From Harriotta raleighana (Eukaryota), in contig JBNZDD010013674.1 of assembly GCA_050575255.1 (NCBI GenBank), forward strand, positions 2,141,058 through 2,205,057: a DNA stretch of 64,000 nucleotides. Direction: 5' to 3'. Numbering within the stretch: the stretch's first letter is position 1; each line of letters opens with the position of its first letter. Shown here piece after piece: positions 27,561-40,514 of the stretch. The notes beneath the pieces were generated by a model, which was given only the letters and a program-made list of their open reading frames with translations, was not told the origin of the DNA and did no database searches. Position numbers and translations under genes: made by a program.

Positions 27561-29702
27561 TTTTTATGTTATCAGTTTAATAATTTTCTGGTAACAACTA
27601 AAAGTAAAACAAAGAGTTTGCTGCAAGTGAGCAGAGGAAAGGCAACTGTAATGCGATGTCAGTCTCGTGTATTTAGTGAAACACAAGGGTGCATTCAAAC
27701 CACACATCACAATGCTGAAAGCTGTCTGTTACCAGAGGCCAAAGTGTCAAAAACAGAAGTGGATGTCCTATCAAAAAAAGTGCCCAAACATTTTTACTAT
27801 TTCAGCAAATAAATCTTCTCACAATGTTTCCAGTTTCTTCAATCTCTCCAGCAATGCCTGCAGCAAGATGCTATGCTCTAATGATCCCATCTCATTCTAG
27901 TTTGCCACTCGGCTTAGTTTGGCTTCCGCCTGATAATATTCCTCAATGTCACATAGGTTTGTGTAGGCCATTGCACAACACAGAATTAATTTCACTCAAA
28001 GAGGCACGCTAATAATATGACTTGTGACAACACGAATGCCAGATGAACTAGAACATGTCATGCAGTGGTTGAACAGAGTGATTATCTGACACAAAATGAA
28101 ATTCAATTTCACTGGTTACAACATCAAACCGAACCAGACAACAAGTGGAAATGCTTTTTAGTGCTTCACAACAATCGTAGAATTAAAATTCAGCAGAATT
28201 TACATTGCTACATTGGCATCTTTTATGTTGGGAGGACGTCTCAAAGCATGTTGCACAGCTGACTAGGCACTTGAGGAGGGAGGTGCCCGCAGTCGTAGAC
28301 ACCAATGGAGATGTGGGGGAGAAGGTGACCAACAATGCAGTCAGGGCTACATCTTGATAAAGTAGATTACATTATTGTAAACAGTAATATACAGGGGACT
28401 TAAGGCCCTCATCTTTGACAGTGCTTTCGATCAACCTGCTTCCCGATGTATCAGTAGTATTGAGAGTGATACAGGATTAAACAAAAGGCTTTGGGCTTTG
28501 TTGCCTCCAGGCTAGGTCTGTTATTCATATAGTCAGAAGAAATGTCCTGGAATGGAATTTTTTATTTTTAACGGGCATAAAACATTAATTATTGAGCAAA
28601 TGGGCCTTTAGGCTTTGGAGCAGCCGTTTTCTTCTATTGTTGCCACGACGACGCTGGGAATGATAACAGGCAATGCTGTTTTTATTTTTATAATGATGAA
28701 TCAAATTTATGCTATTCATAAGAAGAAAAAATGCATTATATTTAGTGTAAAAAAAAGTTGCTGCTGAGTAGATGTGTTGATGTTTCATTAGATCATTGTT
28801 ATTCTCTTCTCTGCCCTTCACAAGAGGAGGAGGAAGTGTTAAGCAGTGTGTATTATTTGTAGTGTGACTACAAATTGGTGGGTATCAGATTCACGAACAG
28901 AATAGTTAAATATAAAACAGAACTGACAGAGTGAAATTAAGATCAGGTACCATACCGATAGCCTTACATAACGGTGTGCTCTTTCAACGAGTGGGGAAAA
29001 ATATAGAATTCAAGAGCATTCAGAGACATGAAGTGAGTTACGAAGGTTTTGTTCCTGAATTAATGAACCTGGTAAGTCAGCACTGTTGAGGTATTTTGCT
29101 TGTTGATGGCCTTTGATAGGAAAATAAAACACACTGAACAGATCATTTCTAAGTAGTGTGATCTGGCAACTGTGGCAAACTGATTGTGTTTCCAGAGAAC
29201 AGACAGCAGTCACTCCACGCCCGACATTCTCAATTCAGCAAATACGGCTTCTGTTCATTTTTGGATTCCGACTTTGAAGCCTGCTTCACTGGAGCAAATT
29301 TCAGTCAATCGCTGTGTTATTAGCACCGTTCACTCACAACCATGGGATACTTACAAAGACTGCCAAGATGGAATAGATGCATCATTGGCATATTTTCACC
29401 CTCCGACCAGATATTACCAATTAATAAATTATACATTTACCCCATATACATAAGTGTATGGTGTTTTAATCTTTTGGGTTTGCCAGGCAAACAAGCTTGA
29501 GGATCCTCAACTCAATGAGACTGGAAGCAGATGAAGCTGCACAAACACTGGAGCTATACCAGAGGAACCAGAGGTTGACTAAAGTTTTCTTGATTTTGAG
29601 AAAAAGATTGGGAAATGAACATATGGATGCCTTCACCACCAAACTGCAAGAGAGCCATGAAGATTGGTGACATTGCAGAAGTGAAAGAATCTTTTTCTTT
29701 TT

Positions 29703-29940
29703 TAACAACAACAACAACAAAATCACATTTGTACAGTACCTATCACATCGGGAGGACTGAACAGTCAGGGGTCGGGACCCGAGCACGGGAGGGGCAGGGT
29801 AGGGGGGGAGGGTGAGAGTTGGGAGGGTAGCTGAAGGCACGATCGAAAAGGAAGATCTTGAGACTGGCCTTGAAGGAGGCAAGGGAGGAAGCAAAGCAAA
29901 GCCACTGTGGGATGGAGTTCCAGAGTGTGGGTCAGAGATT
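29703..29940 (-). mobile_element. L2 LINE 3' end
   Basis: (aac)n tail, then gatcttgagactggccttgaaggaggc...gagttccagag, the reverse complement of ~7100-7170. Confidence 0.6.
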
Positions 29941-30455
29941 ACTAATCTAAAACTAAAAGTGGAATAAAATGTTTCTTATATCTACATAAGGATTGATCAC
30001 GTATAATAATAATCCTTTCATTTTATACAGTGCCTTATCATTTACATGTTTCTTAGCGCTTCACAGAATATACTGTGGAGTGAATTTATTCTATATTTTG
30101 TGGGCGACAGCCAATTGTGCACAGCAGTGTCCCCCAAATGTTACGGAATGCATGACCAAATTATTATTATCACATATAGCTATACATAACATATTTTGTA
30201 TGCTCTGTGGACGGAGTTGGATTAATGGGCTGAATTGTTTTTTTCTCTAGTTTCCAGCTTTCTTATGTTGTTTTCCTGCAATTTTATCTCGACAGCAAGA
30301 ACCCAGATCAATGTAAAGAAGGATCTCGCTCGTGAAGAAATATTTGTCAGTGAAAAGCTTGGCCTAAAGAATGCCATTTTACAATTGCACAAAATACTGT
30401 ATGTGAAATGCAACCTACTCTTGCTCTGGATCTGAATGAGATTTAGGACCCTTAC

Positions 30456-30623
30456 CTCCTCTTTCTCAGCCCCCTGCAGATCACGCCACTCTTCAGTTAT
30501 ATGACCAAAGTCCACAGTATTCATAGGCACTTTTACTTCTCCAATGACATCATGTTTGGAGAATCGATCAAAGTCGTAAACTGCCATCACCAGGGTTTTC
30601 CCTCCCAGCTCGGCATACGGAAT
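30456..30623 (-). CDS. SYT1: Synaptotagmin-1 coding exon 5 (C2A)
   Basis: [56 protein letters not shown]. Acceptor ctccag, donor GAG|GTAAGG. 168 nt. Confidence 0.97.
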
Positions 30624-31396
30624 CTGGAGGAAGTAATGAAGAATGAATCTGCTGTCCACATTGTAAAGAAGAATTCACCACAATACAAATCGATTTCTTT
30701 GTTCTTTCAGCTGTCATCTGGACTAAATTGAAAGTTTAGTCAATAGCTGCTTGAGGCAGTCCACATATCACTGGATAGGCGTTACCTAACCCAATCACTG
30801 GTGGATATTACTTTGCTAGAACATCAGTTACAAATAATACTTGGAAAACGTGCTTTGACAATGTTTTAGCTCCACTTACATTATATCCATGTTAAAAAAT
30901 CTTGTGAATTTCTTGGAATGACTCTAAATTTAAAACATTTCTTCTCTTCACAATAGTTTATTTGCTCTCCGTTAAACAAAATACATTCTCGAATTTTTAG
31001 ATCATTGGACTTTTATAATTCTTAAAATCATGTGGAGCCCTTTACCTCTGTCAGCATCAAAATGCTTCCTTTAACTGGACTAACACATGCTTTTGGCATT
31101 TAACATTGCAGATCATTGAAGTTAAGATTGGATTTAAGAATATTCCATAATTCTATACCATGTTAAATTTTCAGACATAATGATTAAGGCTAGATGGAAT
31201 ATTGGTCTTTAATATCGGTCAAGCATTTTAGCTGTGAAGGCTACTGTGATTAAATGAACCATTGATATTCACCATCCAGATTCAGAAATTACTAAATTAG
31301 TTGATGTACTCATGGTTTCAACCATTATTACAAACCTAGTCCAATATAAATCAGTGACTGAACCCGGAATGTAGGGGAGAGTGGCAAGAAAAGTAC

Positions 31397-31564
31397 CTTG
31401 AAAATAAAAGTTTCATTGAAGGAAGGATTCAGAGTCTTTCGGTGGACTTTAGTTTCATATTTTTTCTTCTTATCGGGTAGCAAAAAGACCTTCACATAGG
31501 GATCCGATGTACCTCCAATATCTAGGGCAGGCAGTTCTGCCGCTTGAATAATCCCCACCACAAG
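31397..31564 (-). CDS. SYT1: Synaptotagmin-1 coding exon 4 (C2A)
   Basis: [60 protein letters not shown] boundaries, 168 nt. Confidence 0.97.
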
Positions 31565-32891
31565 CTGCCAGGAAGATACAAAACAAAGAGGATTTAATAG
31601 ACATTTCTACTGCAGGAAGCGAGCTCCATTATTTCTGGGAATGGTATTTAAAGCTTTTGCTCTTCGAAACTGAACTAAGAAGCTCCAGAGAATATTTAGG
31701 TCACACAGTCCACTCCATCTTCGTATAGCAGCCAAAGTGGTAATTACATTTCCCATTTAGAGCTCTAAACACCTGAGCTATACCAAGCCAGCTTTCTGTT
31801 TTCTAATGAAATAAATGAAATTTAAATTTGATAAATGGACCAAATCAGTGGACAGTCAACAGTGTCTGTTATAGACAGCCAGGGTAACAAACCTCATTCA
31901 AATCATCCCCATAATTATATTCCAGAAAAAAAAATGTTATAAGCCAATGCAGCGACAATTGATGCCATGATATCTTGAGTGACAACTGCATAATTCAACT
32001 TAAGTTTATTCTCTATAGATATTAACTTTAGCTTAGAAAAATAAACATTGCACATTTAATCAACGAGTAGTTTTCCCTTGCACTCCATTGGATAAAAATA
32101 AAAATTGTCCCTAATAACTACCTACATTTTATTCATGTATTCAGTTTGTTACAGAATAACATATTGTGCCTGATTTTCAAACCATTTTCCTCAATGTGAG
32201 TGGTGCTTAGTTCTGCATGTTAAGCTTTAAACTGATTTGTGCTTTGCTGTACTAACTCGCTGTGCTATTTTTAAGTATTTTTGGAGTGCCAAGAACATTC
32301 CTTAATATGCTGATCTTGTGTAGTGTAAAAACAGTGCAAAAAAAACCCCAAAGGATTGTGTAAAACTTGTGTACCTCTTGATTCTTTCGGCTATCTTTCC
32401 TCAAGCTATATGAAATGCCCTGAGACATCTTCTAAACTAAGAGGAAATTGTTGTTGTTTAGGGCAACAACTGTGGAGCTGAAAATGATTCTTCTTCTCAA
32501 AGGCCACTTCCAAGAAACCATTGGATTTCTGGCTTGTGGACAGTTGCAGTGAACTGCTGGTTCATGGGATGATAGCTGAACAAAACAAAGTATTCAGATA
32601 GAAGCCAATAATGCCAATCTGTAAACCGGACGTTCAATATTGGGCCCATCAGCTTCTCAGAGATATAATAATAATCCTTGCACTTAATACAGCGCCGTAT
32701 CATGTCTTCGAGGCGTCTCAAAGCACTTCACAGACTTTACTGTAAAATGAATTGACTGTATATTTTGTGGCCGAATGCAGCGCAGTAAACAGTTGTTGAT
32801 CGAAGTGACCAAATTATTATTTTTTTAAAAGTAGTTATTAGCACTGAAAAACATACTTTCTCTGGTGTAGCCACTCGTACTGTTCACAATA

Positions 32892-33331
32892 CAGTAAAAG
32901 CCCGTTTATCCATGACTCGATGAATTGGAAAACCTGTTGAACTGGAACCTCCAAAAAAAGTACCGATTTGATAAACTGGAAGTTATCCGGCAGCATAGTG
33001 ATGACGCATTTAATGAATCGATTGTCGCATGCGAGTACTGGTGCAGGTACTCGGCTGGCTGCTAATCAAGTTCAAACTCGTTCCTGCTCCTTTTAAAAGT
33101 CGCCATTGTGAAGTTAAGTATAAATAATCAAGTACTAATACAATATTCTGTTATTATAGTATCTATTATTAATGTATTTACTGTATTATTTATATGGTTC
33201 AGTGTACAACATTTATAATAAAATACCCATACTATACTGTTATTATCTGTTATTATTTAGTCTATTATTAATAAACCATTTAATCGCCATTAGCCAGGTC
33301 CTGTGGGTGCCGGATAAACAGGCTTTTATTG
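32892..33331. mobile_element. Tigger/pogo-like MITE
   Basis: TIRs CAGTAAAAGCCCGTTTATCC and GGATAAACAGGCTTTTATTG (18/20 match), flanked by TA on both sides. Confidence 0.8.
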
Positions 33332-33402
33332 TATTATATTTTTCCGGGGAAAAAAAGCTTATGTTATATACACTTTTGAGGTACAATACGGTACTTGGGC
33401 AC

Positions 33403-33540
33403 CTGATTGTTCTGAAAGTCATAATCCAAAGAAAACTGTATCTTCCCAAGTTTCTCGACTTCTTTTTCTTCCTCTTTCCCTTCCTCAGTGAGGCCGGTCT
33501 CCGCATCATCATCATCATCATCATCATCATCCTTCAGAGC
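33403..33540 (-). CDS. SYT1: Synaptotagmin-1 coding exon 3 (acidic linker and start of C2A)
   Basis: [46 protein letters not shown]. Acceptor ctgcag, donor CAG|GTGCCC. 138 nt. Confidence 0.96.
33505..33531 (-). repeat. (GAT)9 coding microsatellite encoding poly-Asp
   Basis: Nine perfect atc units on the plus strand, in frame within SYT1 exon 3. Confidence 0.95.
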
Positions 33541-34264
33541 CTGCAGACAGGGAAGGTACACTGTAATGATTGCTTGTTACATCCAATGTAAATTTAAAGG
33601 TGTGGAGCTTGTCCCAGACTCTATTGAAAAGCTATTACAAGCAGGCAGTAGATGCTTTAATCTTCATTAGGAATGGTATAAAGTCGTTTTTTCTTACTAC
33701 AGTATTACTGCTAGTGTGCAGAGCAACTAACTCCTCACCGAGCAACACAGGAAAGTCAAGTCGTTTAAATCAATTGCTTGAGCACACTGTCAACTTGATG
33801 TAAAAACAAGTTCCTTTTCTGACCAATGGTATTTTAATATAACAATTCTGGATGAACATGCTGTTGACAGGCAGGTCAGAACGATTCATTAGAAATCAAG
33901 CCCAGCTCCACATGCAGTAAATAAAGAATGGGCCAGTGGCCCGTACTTAAAATGATGTCAAATAAGGTAGTTCTAACAGTTCTGAAAATTCCTGTTGTGC
34001 TTTTTAATAATAATTAAATTAAAGTAACAGAGCTGTTACATGCCAGCAGTATATTTCTAAACTAAGCACAGGTCTCTCCTAAATGATATTTGTAATTCGC
34101 AGTTACTGGGGACATAGATGGACATATTTGAGCCATTAGGATAATGGATGTTTCTCACTCAGTAAAATATACAATATATAATTTACAATATAAATCATTT
34201 TATTTTGTGGCCATAGTTTCACAATAACATGAAGAAATGTAATGTAGATGTAATTTACTGTAAT

Positions 34265-34480
34265 TGTGTTCAAATCATCCAGAACTCTGTGGCCTGTGTC
34301 CTCTACTGCTTCAATCTCTGTGACCCCATCTCCCCCATTCTTGCCCGACTCCATTGGCTCCCTATTACCCAGAGGATTCAATTCAAGATCCTGGCCCTCC
34401 ATGGCCCTGCCTTACCCTTCCTTTGTGACCTCTTAACCCAACTACCAACCTGCCCTCTCCGTCTACTCAGCTACTATGTA
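34265..34480 (+). mobile_element. L2 LINE fragment
   Basis: QIIQNSVA...PISPILARLHWLPITQRIQFKIL, homologous to ~6820-6960. Confidence 0.75.
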
Positions 34481-37459
34481 CCTTCACAGTGCAGATATTT
34501 TGAAGCTGTGTCTGCATGCAGCGTTTTTTCTGTGTATATAAGTCCTGATGTTCCCAAAATTGCAGTTAGTATCTTCCCAAACTTGAAGGGGAGCTGGAAA
34601 GTGACAGATTTCAGACCAATTTGTTCCCATCCAGCTGCTGTATAGCTAGCAATTGGGTGCTTTGGAAATCTGCATTTGAAAGTGTATTGCTATTTCTCTT
34701 GATTATGCTTGCTGGCTGTCAGGCTGAATCAATCTTTACTGTGAAACACGAGAAGCCCCAAAACATATAATATCGCAATGCTATATTTCATGTTCCATGT
34801 ATGAATATATTAAAATTGGGCATAAATGTGTCAACAGGCAAGCTCACAGTACAGTATTTATGAGAAGTGAATCCAATAACATACCTTGCATGTTTATGTA
34901 CAAAATGTGTGATAGCCACAAAAATAATTGAGGAAAGTAAGGAACTCATTATTAATCCATCTAATATGATTTCACTTTCATTAATGTGTTTTAGATTTTT
35001 TTTGGTGAGAATTTATGATTAAACCGACCATTATCCTAAAAGTCAAAAGTTGTTCATTTCTGAATTTGCCAGAGAACTACTGATGAACGCTAGAACCAGG
35101 TAGTCAAGATTCTTTATAGAGGATGAGATTATACACAGGTCGAAACAGTGAAATAAACCTACCGCAATTGAAAATCCAGAACAGTCATGAGACACAACAC
35201 AGACAAGGAAGGACATAGAAGGAAGAAATAAAAATTATAACAACCACAAACAAGCAGTAAATAAAGACACCGGAAAAACCGTGGCGAAATAAGCTCAGTA
35301 GAAATCCCTAGCCAAATCATTTGGAAGCTTTTTTAATCTTTTGTTTTCTCACAATCGGAATGTAATGATGTGTTTGCACACAATTTGACCCAATATAATT
35401 TGAAGGAAGTAAATTGAGAATCATTTGTAATATTTGAAAATGATATAAACATTGTGTCAAAGGGATTGATGCGCAGGAATTTACAAAGAGCCATTTCAAC
35501 AGGTTCTAAAACATTTACTTTATGCAACACGCAAAGGTTCAATTGGAGCATGGAAAAAATATTCAGTAGTCAACTTGAGGAAGAACCTTTAAGGATTCAC
35601 ATTATCTGCCTCAAAGGATCTGCAAAATAACTCTGAAAACACGTTTGCACTCTTCAAGAAACAGCTTAGTGGAGGGGAAAGCACTAGAAACATTTGGAGA
35701 TCTTTATCAACAAACTTCACCCTTCACAAAGAGCAATACATTATTGAAGGATGCACACATCTTAAAATGCTTAATTTGGTTTGTTCCCTTATTTATTGAA
35801 GCATAGCATCGTAAACTCCAAGCTTCTCTTTAAAGCAGTGGTGAATGTGCAAGTCTTTCCATTCCAGTCTATACAGTCTGTGTTTCATGAATTAGGAATT
35901 ATCTAACATGAATGTCCAGAAAATATCTCAAACCAATTAACACCAACTTGTTGATGAATTACTCAGATCCCAGGAGACAGACATGTATAGTTGTTCCCTT
36001 TTGTATTTTGCAAATTCCATATCCTGCTTTAATGAGAATTATGCAGAAGGTGCTGATGGTGACTGTGGGTGAACATGCCCATCTCCTCTGCCTTTAATTG
36101 GACACATGCAAGAAAGAAATATCTACATTCAAAAGTTCCCACGGGCAATAACTTGGCTTCTAAGAGATCACAAGCAGGGGTTTTGATAGAGCAAGGAGAG
36201 CTCTGATAGAGAAGGTTGCTTGGTCACTGAGCGTTCCCATCATTAGCAGCTGCCCGAGGGGAAAGCAATTCAACCAGGAGAAGAAGAGGCCGAACTTGCT
36301 GCTCAGTAAAAGCGATCTATGTTCACCAATGGACTGAGATTTAAGCTCTTCAAGTTACATAAATTGAACTGTTAGTATCTGCTGATTATGGGTTTCACAC
36401 TGATATTGATTTAAAGGCGCAGTAGTGATGTTAAACAATATCACCATCTCAGAGAAAATGGTGTTCCGGGAAATTCAGTGTGGGAAACACAGTGAGCAGA
36501 TTACTGCAACTGTACTAATTTGTATCCTAAGGTGCATAGCTCTGCGAGGTCACAACCCCATAAGCAAGAGCAGAGATTGCGTATCTTAGGGGAAAGAAGC
36601 CTTTTCGGATGAGAATGGCTGTCAAGAATTACTGAGCAAGAACGGAGCACCTAAATACTCGGAAACCGCAATACAAGCAGAACAATACAAAATCATATCC
36701 AGTGACATTTCAAACCACAGCCTCTCTTCTTCAAGTTCCTTTAATGTACTCTGAGAAATTCAACCTGACTGGAATAAGTTCTTTCACCGAGACCTTGAAA
36801 TGAGAGATTGCATAACATCATCATCATAATAATATTAATGGTTCAGAAGCCTTATTTGTTAACTGTTAGGAGGTAATGTATGTAAAGTGAGATTGAGACT
36901 TGGAACTGGCAAAACCAGGCTTGCTACATTTACTATTTGCCCCAGGATAGTTATTTTCTTAAGAGTCTATTTTTGATGTTAACATGTGGTTGAACTCCTC
37001 TCAAATTAACTTTTAATAGGGAGGTAGAGAAAAGGTGATGTTTATTGAAATATGATTTTAGCATTCACCTTCTTTATTATCATGTGAACATCTAGACTGA
37101 ATTGGTGAAGGATTAGATTCTGCCTCCTGATTTTGTGGGTCATGTGGTAAAGTAACATGGTGCAGTTAACTGTTGTGTGACAATCCCAGCAATTCTTACT
37201 GAATTACCCAAGTCTGACCAAGTCTGCTTTCCTCCATTTCTGCAATATTCCACCATCTCCACCACTATTTCACCAACAATGCAATCTATAAACCCCTTCC
37301 ATGTGTTTGTCACCTCCAGACTCAAATCTTCTAATATCCTGTCCAGGTTTGCCTACCAACATCTTACACAAGCTCCACATCACCCATTCTGCATGCTTCC
37401 CTGCACTAGTTCCAAGTTATATATACTGTGTTACCTTTTGGCAGACAAAAACTCATCTC

Positions 37460-37702
37460 AGTGTCATGAAGGGAGGGGTGAATTCCGAATAAATATGCGG
37501 AAACACTACTTCAGGGAGCGAGTAGTGAACTTATGGAACAGGCTCCCTCGGGAAACAGTGGAATTAGAAAGTCTTGAATCTTTCAAATTAGATAGATTTG
37601 GGTGATGACATGTGCATGCGACTGCCAGGCTGGTGGAAAGCAAACTGGATGGACCTTTGTTTCCTATCACCTTGTAAATTCTTAGGTTCTTACGTTCTTA
37701 TC
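37460..37702 (+). mobile_element. CR1-clade LINE 3' end
   Basis: FRINMRKHYFRERVVNLWNRLP...SFKLD, the typical CR1 ORF2 C-terminus, then a short-repeat tail ttcttaggttcttacgttctta. Confidence 0.75.
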
Positions 37703-40292
37703 TCCTGAGAGTAGAGTTATAATACGCTATGCTGTGCTTCATGCAGAAAATGAAACTTGTTTGCTACATGGAAAATATTTGATTTTCAATTACATTTGGT
37801 ATTATCGGATGTAATCTTAAGTGGCTTTCAGTGCGTAAATGAAATGGCAAATTGAATAATTATATATATGTAGGAAATATAAAGTAATTTTTGGTTTGAC
37901 ATCAAATAAAAATAGCAAGCCTGGTACTTCAGTCGGGTCCCCCTTCAGACATGCACTCTATCAGTAAAATATTTATATCTTTCTTATTTAATGATTGTGC
38001 CTCAGGTTTATCTGACAGAATGCATATTCGTGTGGGACATGGGACGGAAGTAACGTCACTAGACTCAATTTATTTAAGATGCACCGATCTAAAATGTTCA
38101 GGCAGGAAACCGAGCATTAAGTAAATGAATTAAACACTTAATATACTAACCACAACAATGCAAACCATTTCAATTCTCTTCGTACAAAATTGTACAAAAT
38201 GATTCACCATAACAACTAAAAGAAGAGTGAACAATTTTTTTTAACATAAGTTAAAATTGAGTTAAAAATGACAATACGTAAAAACATGACACATTGCCAG
38301 GGGCCAGATTCTGGAAGAATGCACTTTAGCACACAAATGCATGCACACTGAATCCTCAAAGGATCCCCCGTCTCAGTTTAGCACATATGGACTGTTTGAA
38401 GGGGAACTGCTTTACAGGAAACCAGACCTGTGTTTTCACAACCAATGGAGGCACTTACAGGCTCAACCTCTCCTACACGACAAAGCTTCTTACCAGTTTT
38501 TCCAATGGCACACAGATAGAGCACTAGCCCAAAAAAGAACATTGATAACAAAAATCTTTAAAACCAACATGTCAATCGTGTGCTGGAAAATATTATGGAA
38601 TGAGCTTTGCAAGATTGAGCCCAGCTGCATCTAATTTAAAAAGGTTCACAGCACACGCCTTCTGTGCTTTCCCTGCAGCAATGCATGGCTGTGAGGGTTC
38701 ATTACGTGGCCACAAGAGATTGAAGTGGCTGCTAAGGGGGATATTCCCTATCAATAGTGCAGAGTCAATACACATTCCAGAATCCTGGCCCTGGTTGTTC
38801 TTTAGGTCTATAAACCATGTTAAATTCCTGCTTAAAAAGCACAGTACATAATCTTGAGATACACAGGACACTTGAAAGGACACATTGAACCATTAATTTT
38901 TAATTTTGTCTGAGTGATTAATTTTGTCAGAGAGATTGACCTGATCATTCAAAAACAATTTTTTAAAAAGCAAGTGATTGAGGCTTTCTTTCTATGTAAA
39001 AAGAAGATTCTCCAAACAGCGTCCCATTTGTGTGATGATGTTACAAGAATGATTCATTATTTAAACTGTTTATTATCCACCCATAACCTGACCTGCTCTT
39101 CGAAGGATGCTTTAATAATTTGTGAGATGTCTATTTCAACTTTCTTTACAAGACAAAGGTCATCAATTGAGAAATCACATCCTGGTGACAAATTGTGCTC
39201 ACGGAACATTTCCATCCAGTACAGAAACATACTGAATTGTGGAGTTACTTCAAAACTTTATCTCTGGTTTGAAAGGAAAGCAATCAATTTTCAAATACTT
39301 TTTGGAGTTCGACAACTGTGAGTTGTGCGATTACAATCTCGGGAAGCAAAACGCTAATGAGAAGTGATAATACCAGACACCGATGGAGCACTGATGGAGC
39401 ACCTTCCATATGTTTAAATCTTTAATACAAGTTGTGGAGATCTTGGTATGTTGAGTTCTCACCATCTAGCTCTATGAATCACTGATGCAAAATAATACTA
39501 TCTCAAGTTGCTGACCTCTCAAACTAGTTGTGATCTTTGCAAAAATGATTTTCTAGAGGGTGAACAAACAGCTGGGGAGATATGGAAGGGAAGGGAGTAG
39601 TGGATTTTTTTTTATTACAGATGTTATCCTGTAGCTAAGCTGCGGGAAAAAAATCCATTGAGTTAAAAGTCCACATGAAAGGTTGAATAATGAGTCTGAT
39701 ACTGTGTAACTTTAAGTACATTAGAAGCAGCAGTAAAATGATGAGAAAATTCAGAATACATCGATTTCAAAAGGGCCTGCTGGGTATGGCATGGTAACAA
39801 AGAAAAATCAGCATTAATGATAGAAATTACATTAAATAATCAAAGCAGGATTAATAACATACGCCCATTGCTTAGGACATCCAGATCAGATTAGATTCCT
39901 TAAAGTTTGCAAAAGCCAAAGAACGTTAGTAACAAAAGGAGCAGTGATGGCAATAAAAATGTCCCATTTTTGTCTAGGTTTTCAAGTCTTCTGCAGGCAG
40001 ATACTGATGTCACCTTCACCCAATACAATGAGTCTCAAATCAATACTTCAGTTTGTGATGTTTTGCCAAATTCTAGAACAATTTTCATATGTAAAGCGGT
40101 AACTAGTTAGCTGTAATATGTAACTATGTATCTACCAATCAAATATGGAAATTAAAAATCGCAAATGCTCGTAGTTGACTTAATTTAACATTGTATTTGC
40201 CGTCGTAGGAGCACACATTGACCAAGAAGAAAAAGACATTTAAGAAAAAATATTTTCTAAGTATATTAGTCACAAACACTGTGCCTTTTCTA

Positions 40293-40514
<222 letters not shown>

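Noticed and set aside
33172-33670. ORFs with poly-Met, poly-Ile or poly-Ser runs
   Set aside because: Alternative frames and strands of the (GAT)9 repeat in SYT1 exon 3.
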